From: Clostridia bacterium
GTDB lineage: Bacteria > Bacillota > Clostridia > Christensenellales > Borkfalkiaceae
Direction: 5' to 3'
Assembly (NCBI GenBank): GCA_900770685.1
Contig: CAAGLC010000120.1
Location: 1 to 53,793, forward strand
DNA: 53,793 nt
Positions 45,181 through 53,272 of this stretch are shown here, one piece after another. The notes beneath the pieces were generated by a model that did no database searches, had not been told where the DNA came from, and worked only from the letters and a program-made list of their open reading frames with translations. A program made the translations under genes and the position numbers. Position 1 is the stretch's first letter. Each line of letters starts with the position of its first letter.

Positions 45181-45209
45181 ATTCTACCAAAGGGGCATAC
45201 TTTTGTCAA
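45181..45209 (-). promoter_or_regulatory. Sigma-A type promoter of the HprK-like/PqqD operon
   Basis: Minus strand TTGACA, 17-nt spacer, TAGAAT. The 5' UTR is about 30 nt with a GGGGTGA SD. Confidence 0.6.
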
Positions 45210-45216
45210 TATAAAT

Positions 45217-45245
45217 TTGATTTTATCTTAACTTTTATATATAAT
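45217..45245 (+). promoter_or_regulatory. Sigma-A type promoter placed for a leaderless apbE transcript
   Basis: TTGATT, 17-nt spacer, TATAAT. The -10 ends 7 nt before the ATG at 45252. Confidence 0.45.
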
Positions 45246-45251
45246 ATAGGT

Positions 45252-46337
45252 ATGAAGAAATTTATCGCGTTTTTTTCGATTATAACGTCGCTTTTGCTTT
45301 GTCTTTCGCTCGCTTCTTGTGGCGTAAAAGGCGACAGGTTTGACTTGAACGCTTTCGGCTCTCCCGTACACGTTGAAGTTTACGAAAAAAAACTAACTAA
45401 AGAAGTTAAAAATAAAATATCCGATTTATTAAGCAGTTTGGAAGAAGAATTTTCATTAGATAAAAGCAATTCATTTACCGTTTCGTTTAACTCTGCTGGG
45501 AAAAACCATAAAGTCCCCCTTTCTAGCACGGCTAAAGAGATTTTACAATCTTGTAAAGATTACTACGCCTTTTCTTCCACACTTTTTAATCCTACGATAT
45601 TGCCGTTAAAAAAACTTTGGAAGTTTTCTTTCGATACCAAGGTGGATAACGCTCACTTCACCCCACCAACGATGGAACAGATTAACGAAGTATTAAATTC
45701 GGGCGTTTTAGACTTTGATAAAGTTAATATCGATAACGACGAAGTGTATAAAACGGTGGACGGTTTAACTCTCGATTTCGGAGGCATGCTTAAAGGCTAC
45801 GCTTGTGACGAGGTTGCTAAAATTTTACTAAACGCAGGATACGATAGCGGTTACGTCAATTTAGGCTCTAGTAGTATGAGAATTTTATCGTCTAGTAAAC
45901 TCTCCGTTCGCCACCCCGAAAATTCTACTTCCACTATTTTAGATATTAATTGTGAAAACATAAAGAACTTTGCCGTTTCTACTAGCGGGGACTACGAAAA
46001 ATTTTATACGTTTGAAGGCGAGAGATATTCGCATATTATTAATCCGTTAACTGGAGCGCCTTACCAAACAAATCTCCACAGCGTGACCGTTTTAGGAAAG
46101 GACGGAGCGTTCCTAGACGCAATCTCAACTACGCTATGCCTTTTAGATTTTTCCGTTCAAATGAAAAACGATAACCCCTTGGTTTACATGATGAACAAAA
46201 TAGTCGAAAAAGACGACTCGGTTATGATTTTTGCCGTTTATTCCGACGGACAAGACAAGTTCTTAATAACCAATAAAATGGAAAACACCCATTTTACTTT
46301 GCTTGATTCAACTTACGAAGTTTTCACCATTTCATAA
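45252..46337 (+). CDS. apbE: FAD:protein FMN transferase (ApbE family) lipoprotein
   Basis: Lipobox LASCG. ApbE motifs (LDFGGMLKGYA, STSGDYEKF, HIINPLTG). Confidence 0.88.
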   Translation: MKKFIAFFSIITSLLLCLSLASCGVKGDRFDLNAFGSPVHVEVYEKKLTKEVKNKISDLLSSLEEEFSLDKSNSFTVSFNSAGKNHKVPLSSTAKEILQSCKDYYAFSSTLFNPTILPLKKLWKFSFDTKVDNAHFTPPTMEQINEVLNSGVLDFDKVNIDNDEVYKTVDGLTLDFGGMLKGYACDEVAKILLNAGYDSGYVNLGSSSMRILSSSKLSVRHPENSTSTILDINCENIKNFAVSTSGDYEKFYTFEGERYSHIINPLTGAPYQTNLHSVTVLGKDGAFLDAISTTLCLLDFSVQMKNDNPLVYMMNKIVEKDDSVMIFAVYSDGQDKFLITNKMENTHFTLLDSTYEVFTIS

Positions 46338-46353
46338 ATCAAAACAGTAAAAT

Positions 46354-46388
46354 AAAAGACCGAAAAATTTTTTCGGTCTTTTTTTTGT
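46354..46388. terminator. Bidirectional rho-independent terminator
   Basis: Stem agaccgaaaaaa/ttttttcggtct with a T-run. Confidence 0.85.
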
Positions 46389-46402
46389 TTATTTATTAAG
46401 TT

Positions 46403-47161
46403 TTATCGCCAAGAAGAAGCTTTTTTACTAAGCGATAAGAACGACGTTTCGATTATGCAACCTAAAACTACCATAACCATAACTATCGCTAACATTTGGG
46501 CTATTTCAAAATACACCTTTGAAGTATTAAGCAAATAGCCGATTGAGTTTGCCGTTGAAGACAATACTTCCGCAGCAACCATTAATTTTAGATTAAGCGA
46601 CAAGCCACTCCCTATAGCGTTATAAACGGCCGGCATTGCCTGTGGCAACCTAATTTTAGTAAAAATCTGTCGTTTGTTAGCGCCGTCAACCATACCTGCT
46701 TCAACTGAAGTTTTATCGACCGATAAGAACGCGCTTTTAACGTGCGTATAACTGGTAGGCAAAACGACGAGCGCCGTTACTATTATCGGAGCAATTTTAG
46801 AAGTAGTCCAAAAAAGCAATAGCAAAACTACGGCAATGGTAGGCAACGCGCGCGTTAAAGCCATAACTGGTTGAATAATCCTTTCTGCGTTTCTTCTTTC
46901 AAGAGAAATAATACCCAAAACCGAACCTATGCCGAAAGACAAAACGAAAGCGATAACGCTTCTTCCTAGCGTTCCGAAAAGAGCAGTATAAAACTCTTTT
47001 TGCCCCACCAAGTTATAAAGCGCGTTAACCGTTTGACTAACCGACGGCAATAGATACTGATTATCGACTGAAACGGCTAAACCAATCCATAAAACTAAAA
47101 TGGCAAGCACAACCGATAACGGCAATATTAAATTGAGTATTTTTTCCCTTATATCTCTCAT
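46403..47161 (-). CDS. ABC transporter permease (NitT/TauT, SsuC-like family)
   Basis: About 6 TM segments and an EAA-like loop (VEAGMVDGANKRQIFTKIRLPQA). I prefer the ATG at 47161, 1 nt after the SBP stop, to the listed TTG at 47170. Confidence 0.85.
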   Translation of the reverse strand: MRDIREKILNLILPLSVVLAILVLWIGLAVSVDNQYLLPSVSQTVNALYNLVGQKEFYTALFGTLGRSVIAFVLSFGIGSVLGIISLERRNAERIIQPVMALTRALPTIAVVLLLLFWTTSKIAPIIVTALVVLPTSYTHVKSAFLSVDKTSVEAGMVDGANKRQIFTKIRLPQAMPAVYNAIGSGLSLNLKLMVAAEVLSSTANSIGYLLNTSKVYFEIAQMLAIVMVMVVLGCIIETSFLSLSKKASSWR

Positions 47162-47162
47162 T

Positions 47163-48173
47163 TTATGCAAAAAATTCCTGTCCTAACACCCTTGCGGACT
47201 GTGGATTTATTTCAATGATTTTATTTATATAGTCGATAACTTGTTGTTTAGCGTCTTCAGACGACTGCCAATAAATTTTGCAGTTATCTACTACCGTTTG
47301 GTTAATTGCCCCTGCGCTAAGGCTTGCAGTTACACCCTCAGCAAGTTTAGAATTAACCGCGTTAACGGCAGACGCCGTATTTTGCTTAATCCAATTTACG
47401 TTTTCACTAAACAATTCGCCCATTTGTTCGATTTTGTTTTTATACGCGTCGTACACGCTCTTTTTAACCATTAAAACGGCTTGTGGATAGGCTTTTATTT
47501 GCTCGTCATACAACTCCTGAAGGTCTAATACGCTCCAATCTTTTTCGGGAGCAAGCGTGGTAGTTAACTTAGATAGCGCAGGTTCAGGCACTAATCCTAC
47601 GGATAACTTTCCTTGCTTTAATAATGGTAGCATGTCGCCGGCAGAGGCAAAATAACGAACGCGAATTTTACCTTCCGACGCCGTTTCTCCAACTTCTAAA
47701 TCGTTTAATAAGTTACGGTCGCTAAGCACCGCCTTGAAAGTAAGGTCGGGAACTAAGCCTTGTCCTATAACTCCTATAACCTTACCTTTAAGCTGATCTA
47801 TGGAAATTTCCCCGTCGCTAACTATATAAAGATTTCCGTGAGTAATAACCGAAGCCATAACGTACTTATCGTCGTTATTGGCGTTGTAAAGTTTGCTCGC
47901 CGCGTTAACGGGCATAACGATAAAATCGCCTAAACCCTGTTGCATAACGCCACCAATCTTGTCCGAAGAAACTACGTTATACGAAACGGATGCGTTTATA
48001 CCGAAATTTTCTTCGTCGTTAATAAACTTTGCTATAGCTAGAGCGGGAGCGCCGTCCGGAGCGTAAAAAGTTAAATTCGTATCGCCGTCAGGCGTGTCGC
48101 ACGCATAAGCCGTAACAAGCCCAAAAAGTAAAAGCGTTGACAATATTATAGTTAGTATCTTTTTCATAACCAT
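47163..48173 (-). CDS. ABC transporter substrate-binding lipoprotein (NMT1/THI5-like, SsuA/ThiY family)
   Basis: Signal peptide with lipobox (TAYAC). 336 aa, periplasmic-binding-protein type 2 pattern. Confidence 0.75.
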   Translation of the reverse strand: MVMKKILTIILSTLLLFGLVTAYACDTPDGDTNLTFYAPDGAPALAIAKFINDEENFGINASVSYNVVSSDKIGGVMQQGLGDFIVMPVNAASKLYNANNDDKYVMASVITHGNLYIVSDGEISIDQLKGKVIGVIGQGLVPDLTFKAVLSDRNLLNDLEVGETASEGKIRVRYFASAGDMLPLLKQGKLSVGLVPEPALSKLTTTLAPEKDWSVLDLQELYDEQIKAYPQAVLMVKKSVYDAYKNKIEQMGELFSENVNWIKQNTASAVNAVNSKLAEGVTASLSAGAINQTVVDNCKIYWQSSEDAKQQVIDYINKIIEINPQSARVLGQEFFA

Positions 48174-48329
48174 ATATCCATCCTTTTTTATGATTATTAA
48201 ACAAAAAACCTTTCAACGCTAACGTCGAAAGGTTAAACACAAAACTATTTATAGGAGAACTTCCCATATGAATTTTACGATTAATCCCTTCCCCGTTAGG
48301 CGCACCTTAAAGTTTAGGTATTTTTTTAT
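48174..48329 (-). promoter_or_regulatory. Structured 5' leader with intrinsic terminator (unclassified candidate riboswitch or attenuator)
   Basis: About 155 nt lie between the promoter and the SD. It contains a G-rich segment (aaggtgcgcctaacggggaagggatta...tatgggaagttctcc). A 12-bp terminator stem aacctttcgacg/cgttgaaaggtt plus T-run (48200-48234) sits about 25 nt before the SD. Confidence 0.45.
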
Positions 48330-48335
48330 ATTCTT

Positions 48336-48365
48336 ATTTTACACTATTTATTAATCCTTTGTCAA
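48336..48365 (-). promoter_or_regulatory. Sigma-A type promoter of the ABC transporter operon
   Basis: Minus strand TTGACA, 18-nt spacer, TAAAAT. The -35 is embedded in the palindrome GTCAAttttaTTGAC (48361-48375). Confidence 0.5.
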
Positions 48366-48377
48366 TAAAATTGACGG

Positions 48378-48629
48378 CTATACTTTGTTTTTATATTTTC
48401 GCCTGGTTGCTTCTCCGCCTCTGACGTGGCGTTCTTTTAAGTTTTTTTCAAGCACGCGTCTAACTGCTTTATATAATTCCTTATCTATTAATCTTAACCT
48501 TTCGGTAACGTCTTTATGTACGGTCGATTTCGATGACAAAAAAACTTTGGCGGTTGCCCTAACCGTTGCGCCTGTTTTCGCAACGTATTCCGCTTCTTTA
48601 ATAACCCTTTCGGTAACGTCTTCTCTCAC
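48378..48629 (-). CDS. spoIIID: Sporulation transcriptional regulator SpoIIID
   Basis: 83 aa. KSTVHKDVTERL and HVRGGEATRRKYK match SpoIIID. GTG start with a GGGGGA SD. Confidence 0.9.
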   Translation of the reverse strand: MREDVTERVIKEAEYVAKTGATVRATAKVFLSSKSTVHKDVTERLRLIDKELYKAVRRVLEKNLKERHVRGGEATRRKYKNKV

Positions 48630-48657
48630 TATATATCCCCCTAACTATAGATAATAT

Positions 48658-48686
48658 ATACTATGAGATTTTTCGACACTTTATGA
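48658..48686 (-). promoter_or_regulatory. Sigma-E-type sporulation promoter candidate for spoIIID
   Basis: Minus strand TCATAAA, 14-nt spacer, CATAGTAT, compared with the Bacillus sigma-E consensus (TCATAtt, 14 nt, CATAcanT). spoIIID is sigma-E dependent in B. subtilis. Confidence 0.45.
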
Positions 48687-48687
48687 C

Positions 48688-49530
48688 TTATTTATTATCC
48701 GTTTTTTCGTTTAGTCTTTTACACACCAAAGAACCGAAAGATAGTGAAAACATCAAAACGAACGCCCAAAGGAAAAACACGACTATACCTGCTAAACTTC
48801 CGTAAAAAGCGTTATAATTACTAAAAAATCTGATATAAAGTATTAATCCTATCGTCCCAAAAACCATTATCGCTAAGGATATTAATCCGGAAAAACTTAA
48901 AGCAAAAGCGTTTAACTTTTTAGGACTGATAAAGCGCAATAAAAGCAAGATTAAGCCGTAGGCAAACAAAATTATTATGGAAAAAGAAACTAAGGTTATA
49001 AGGTTAGGCTTATTAAACCCCAACCAATTAAGCAAGTAATTTCTAAACGAAAAGCAAAGAGCAAACGCAATAAAAAGGGAAAACAAAACGCACAAAAACG
49101 CTATTGCAGAAAGTCTTCTAACCACCCCTCGCCTACCGTGAGTATCGTTGCCGTAAATATAATCGCCGTCTTTACTCATTTGGTTAAGCAAAGTTGAACA
49201 GGAAATTATTACGGTGATTATAAAAAAGATGGTTACACTGTTAGAAACGTCAGACGCAGTTTTAACTACTGCCTCTAACGCGCTTTTAAATTCAACGGGA
49301 ATCACCCTAATTAATTCGACCGATAAATCTACCGAAAAAATAGAAAAAGCAGTTATTAGCAAAAACACTAAAGGTATTATAGACATCAAAAAATAATAAA
49401 CCCAGCATCCCGTAACCGTTAATATGCGTTTTTTTCGCATTTCTTCAAAAAAGTTACGACTAACGGTAAAACTGTTTTTTGTTTTAAGTTTAATAACGCT
49501 TAATTTTTTTCGCCTTAAATCTTGCTCCAT
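48688..49530 (-). CDS. YihY/BrkB-family membrane protein
   Basis: 280 aa with about 6 TM segments. The N-terminal pattern ...GCWVYYFLMSIIPLV is typical of YihY. Confidence 0.75.
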   Translation of the reverse strand: MEQDLRRKKLSVIKLKTKNSFTVSRNFFEEMRKKRILTVTGCWVYYFLMSIIPLVFLLITAFSIFSVDLSVELIRVIPVEFKSALEAVVKTASDVSNSVTIFFIITVIISCSTLLNQMSKDGDYIYGNDTHGRRGVVRRLSAIAFLCVLFSLFIAFALCFSFRNYLLNWLGFNKPNLITLVSFSIIILFAYGLILLLLRFISPKKLNAFALSFSGLISLAIMVFGTIGLILYIRFFSNYNAFYGSLAGIVVFFLWAFVLMFSLSFGSLVCKRLNEKTDNK

Positions 49531-49562
49531 ATAAAAACAGTCTACGCAAACGTAGACTGTTT
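49531..49562 (-). terminator. Rho-independent terminator after fruK
   Basis: Stem aacagtctacg/cgtagactgtt followed on the minus strand by ttttt, abutting the yihY ATG. Confidence 0.7.
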
Positions 49563-49597
49563 ATACTTTTTTTCTTGTTTTAGTTTATGTTTACTAA

Positions 49598-50524
49598 TTA
49601 TATGAGTTCCGACTTAATTTTAGCGTAAATTTCCTTGTACTTATCCTTATAAAACAAGTTCGTTCCACTAGTCGTAACCGCGGCAGTACCGGCGGCAACC
49701 GCTCTTTTTAGAAGTTCAAAAGGTGGAGCGCCGTCCATTAAGCCAACACACAAAGCCGATATCATACTGTCTCCCGCGCCAACCGTCGAATTAACGGCAA
49801 CCGACGCGCTCTTACAAAACCAACTTTCCACGCCGTCCGTTAAAACAGCCCCCTCTGCTCCCATTGAAACTAAAACGTACTGAGCGCCCATATCTAAGTA
49901 ACTTTGAGAAGCCTTAATCATATCCTTTTTAGTCCTTACCGTAACGTTCGAAAACGCTTCAAGTTCCGGGACGTTAGGCTTAGCCATAAAAATCTTTCGA
50001 TTTTTTAAGACCTCTATCATATTTTCTTTTTCGGTATCGACAATTATCTTCGCGCCTTCATAAACGCTATCAACCATTTCTCCGTAAAATTCGTGGTCCA
50101 CGCCCTTAGGTAAACTACCACTAACGACAACCGTTTCCATACCTACCGACAGTTTCTTTATTTTTTCTAAGAGTTCAATCTGCTTTGCTCTAGATATTTC
50201 TTCCCCTCTGTCGTTTATTTCCGTTAACATTGAACGCTTATCTATTATTTTGTAGTTTACTCTCGCTGAACCGGGGTTTAACACGAAATCGTGCGTTACT
50301 CCTTCTTGATTTAGAGTGTGCTCGAACATATGCTTATGTTTTTCGAACATAAAGCCGGTAGTTAAACACTTTTCTCCCAAACGAGCAACTCCGATTGCAA
50401 CGTTTAACGCCTTGCCCGAATAGGTTTCCACCTTGTTGTCGATTCTATTTAAGAAACCGACGTTCAAACTGTCTAATTCAATAGTACAGTCGATACTCGG
50501 ATTAGGACAAATAGTTAATATCAT
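49598..50524 (-). CDS. fruK: 1-phosphofructokinase / PfkB-family sugar kinase
   Basis: MILTICPNPSIDC at the N-terminus and GAGDSMISAL near the C-terminus. 308 aa. Confidence 0.8.
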   Translation of the reverse strand: MILTICPNPSIDCTIELDSLNVGFLNRIDNKVETYSGKALNVAIGVARLGEKCLTTGFMFEKHKHMFEHTLNQEGVTHDFVLNPGSARVNYKIIDKRSMLTEINDRGEEISRAKQIELLEKIKKLSVGMETVVVSGSLPKGVDHEFYGEMVDSVYEGAKIIVDTEKENMIEVLKNRKIFMAKPNVPELEAFSNVTVRTKKDMIKASQSYLDMGAQYVLVSMGAEGAVLTDGVESWFCKSASVAVNSTVGAGDSMISALCVGLMDGAPPFELLKRAVAAGTAAVTTSGTNLFYKDKYKEIYAKIKSELI

Positions 50525-50548
50525 TATACAAAAACAACTCCCGTTTTT

Positions 50549-52609
50549 TTACTTGTTCGCCTCGGCAATTATCTTCTTTTGCGCGTCGAAAGGAACTTCT
50601 TCGTATCTAACGAATTCTCCTTCAAAACTTCCCCTACCTTGCGTCATTGAACGAAGGTCTGTTGCGTACCTAAGCATTTCAATCAACGGCGCTTCAGCAG
50701 TTATCATTTGCTTGCCGTCGACCGTTTCCATACCTAAAATTCTGCCTCGTCTTTTGTTCATATCACCTAAAACGTCCCCCGTATAAGCATCAGGGATATA
50801 AATTTTATAGGTGTAATAGGGCTCTAAAATCGTAGGCTTTGCTTGGCGAATTCCTTCGTCGTACGCAAGTTTTGCAGCAGATATAAACGCAACTTCCTTA
50901 CTGTCAACGGGGTGTTCTTTTCCGTCGAATAGCGTACATTTGAGATTTACCATAGGATAGCCTGCTAAAACGCCTTTTTGCATTGCTTCTCTTAATCCCT
51001 TTTCGGTTGCAACTGCAAACGGTTTACTTACCGCTCCACCTACTATTGCGTTAACAAATTCAAACTGCCCGTCTTCTGCGCCCGGTTCAAACTTAATATT
51101 TACTACGCCGAACTGTCCTGCGCCACCAGATTGTTTCTTGTGTTTACCTTCCGCTTCTGCAACGCCCGTTATGGTTTCCCTAAAAGCAACTTTCGGCGCT
51201 CTTAAAACTGCCTCGCATCCGAATTTAGCCTTGAGTTTTTTACAAAGCACGTCGAGTTGCGTTTCGCCTTGACCACGAATTACCAGTTCGCCCGTTTCTT
51301 TATCTTTTTCCACTTTGAAAGAAGGATCTTCCTCCGCTAATCTAAATAAGCCTTGGAAAACCTTATCTTCTTCCCCCGTCTTAGCGGCGGAAATCGCCAT
51401 AGTTAGAACGGGTTGTGGCAACGGAATTTCAAAATACTTAATATTTTGCGTTTCGTCAGTTAACGTATCGCCCGTGTTGGTGTTAGCGAGCTTATTAACC
51501 GCGCCGATATCACCTGCTACCAATTGGTCAACGGCTTCCTGTTTTTTGCCTTTCATAACGTAAACGGTGTTAATTCTTTCCTTTTGCCCCGTCGTGCTAT
51601 TTAGAACGGTCATACCACTCTTTAGCGTACCGGTAAACACTCTAATCATATTAAGTTTACCTACGAACGGGTCTGCAACCGTCTTAAACACTTGCGCCGA
51701 GAAAGGTTGGTCTTCGTTACAAACGATTGATTTTACTTCTCCGTCCTTATCGTGCGCTAAAACCGGTCTTCTTTCAATTGGGGACGGCAATAAATCGACG
51801 ATTTCATACATCAAGTTAATAACGCCCATATTTTGAAGAGCCGAGCCACCCATTATCGGAATAGTGTCGCCAGTAGATAAACCGTGTTTAACCCCTGCAA
51901 CTATTTCGTCGTTAGTCAATTCCCCTTCGGAGAGATATTTATCTAATAATACTTCTGAAGTTTCTGCGGCAGCCTCGGTTAAAGCCTCTTTTAAGAGAGC
52001 AACGTCAGATTTAAGGTCTTCCGGTACTTCAATAGGATTTCTTCCACCGGACGTAAATTCAAACGCCTTGCCGGAAATTACCGAAACGTAGCCTTTCATC
52101 TTGCCGTCTTTTATAACGGGTAGATGGGTTGGAGATATTTTCTTTCCGTATTTTTCACGGAAAGCCTCTACCGTTGCAACGTAGTTTGAATTTTCTTTAT
52201 CTATGCCGTTTACGAAAATCATAAGCGGAATATGTCTTCTAATACAGTATTCAATGGCTTTTTCAGCGCCAACGGAAACTTGTCCGTTTGCCTCCGCAAC
52301 TAAAACTGCAGAACCAACTGCGCGCATTGCCGATTCAAACTCGCCGTAAAAATCAAAAAATCCCGGAACGTCAACCACGTTAATTTTAACGCCGTTCCAA
52401 TAGGTATAAGCGCACGCAAGGGATATTGAAATACCTCTCGATAATTCCTGTTCATCAAAATCCATTACGGTGTTCTTATCGGAAACCGTACCTAATCTAT
52501 CAATTGTTTTGCCATTAAATAATATCGCTTCTGAAAGCGTGGTTTTTCCTTCGCCACTATGTCCGATTATAGCGACGTTTCTAATGTCTTTTGCCGTAAT
52601 TTTGCTCAT
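50549..52609 (-). CDS. Elongation factor G paralog (EF-G-like translational GTPase)
   Basis: G1 GHSGEGKTT, DVPG, and NGIDK in place of NKxD. Five-domain length of 686 aa. It is not in an rpsL-rpsG-fusA context. Confidence 0.8.
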   Translation of the reverse strand: MSKITAKDIRNVAIIGHSGEGKTTLSEAILFNGKTIDRLGTVSDKNTVMDFDEQELSRGISISLACAYTYWNGVKINVVDVPGFFDFYGEFESAMRAVGSAVLVAEANGQVSVGAEKAIEYCIRRHIPLMIFVNGIDKENSNYVATVEAFREKYGKKISPTHLPVIKDGKMKGYVSVISGKAFEFTSGGRNPIEVPEDLKSDVALLKEALTEAAAETSEVLLDKYLSEGELTNDEIVAGVKHGLSTGDTIPIMGGSALQNMGVINLMYEIVDLLPSPIERRPVLAHDKDGEVKSIVCNEDQPFSAQVFKTVADPFVGKLNMIRVFTGTLKSGMTVLNSTTGQKERINTVYVMKGKKQEAVDQLVAGDIGAVNKLANTNTGDTLTDETQNIKYFEIPLPQPVLTMAISAAKTGEEDKVFQGLFRLAEEDPSFKVEKDKETGELVIRGQGETQLDVLCKKLKAKFGCEAVLRAPKVAFRETITGVAEAEGKHKKQSGGAGQFGVVNIKFEPGAEDGQFEFVNAIVGGAVSKPFAVATEKGLREAMQKGVLAGYPMVNLKCTLFDGKEHPVDSKEVAFISAAKLAYDEGIRQAKPTILEPYYTYKIYIPDAYTGDVLGDMNKRRGRILGMETVDGKQMITAEAPLIEMLRYATDLRSMTQGRGSFEGEFVRYEEVPFDAQKKIIAEANK

Positions 52610-52735
52610 ATTTTATAGTCCCCCTAACAAAAATTCTCGGGCTTTTTCCCCTTGCCCGTATAATCATATATTGTAATAATTATAAAACATAAGCCGTCCA
52701 TTTTCAAGGGGGTTTTAAAAATTTAGCATAAAAAA

Positions 52736-53143
52736 TTAGTAATCGTCGAAAGAAATTTGTTCGCTCTCTCGCTTGTTATAATCACCAATCCCACACTCGT
52801 CTACACCACAAGAAAAAGGCGACGGCGGAGGACAAGGCTTTGGCGGTTTTTTACTAGGCATAGGCGGACATTTAACTTTTATATCCTTTGGCGAATTGTT
52901 ACTACAACTTAAATCAACCAAAATAACGTCGCCACCTATTTTAACGATTTCACGCTCGGATATATAAAGAGTTTGACTATTAAACAACCTTAAAAACGGA
53001 CAAATTTTCTTGCCTGGAACGATTATCCCCTCTATAACGCCTTCGGGAAAACGGAATTTTAAGTCGACTATTCTTCCTAAACATCTTCCGTCTGCAATAT
53101 TTATAACGTCTCTTTTTTGCAATTCTGAATAAGTTAATTCCAT
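52736..53143 (-). CDS. ylmC: YlmC/YmxH-family sporulation protein (PRC barrel) with Pro/Cys-rich C-terminal extension
   Basis: The N-terminal ~80 aa (YSELQKRDVINIADGRCLGRIVDLKF...GIIVPG) match YlmC/YmxH. The extra tail is KCPPMPSKKPPKPCPPPSPFSCGVDECG. Confidence 0.75.
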   Translation of the reverse strand: MELTYSELQKRDVINIADGRCLGRIVDLKFRFPEGVIEGIIVPGKKICPFLRLFNSQTLYISEREIVKIGGDVILVDLSCSNNSPKDIKVKCPPMPSKKPPKPCPPPSPFSCGVDECGIGDYNKRESEQISFDDY

Positions 53144-53227
53144 ACGTTATCTATATATGCCCCTTTTTTTCCGTTTATGCAATAAGAGTTTTATACTCTT
53201 GGGATGATGACCTATTAAATATAAGAA

Positions 53228-53268
53228 ATAAAAAACCCCCTTTTTGCAAATTGTCGCAAAAAAGGGGG
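53228..53268 (-). terminator. Rho-independent terminator after the sigma factor gene
   Basis: Stem ccccctttttgc/gcaaaaaggggg followed on the minus strand by a T-run. Confidence 0.8.
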
Positions 53269-53272
53269 CTAT

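Noticed and set aside
48174-48329. TPP, guanidine or purine riboswitch assignment for the ABC transporter leader, and a ~59-codon ORF starting at the CATATG within it
   Set aside because: Hallmark sequences are absent: CUGAGA/ACCUGAUCUGG for TPP, GGUCCGAGAG for ykkC, ACGR loop pairs for mini-ykkC. I therefore left it unclassified. The internal ORF has no SD and runs out of frame into the SBP gene.
53153-53180. Sigma-F/G-type promoter (GCATA, 16-nt spacer, CATATAT) in front of ylmC, considered as a standalone feature
   Set aside because: The spacer is one to two nt shorter than the consensus and the -10 match is partial. It would also require leaderless translation. I mention it only inside the leaderless finding, not as a called feature.
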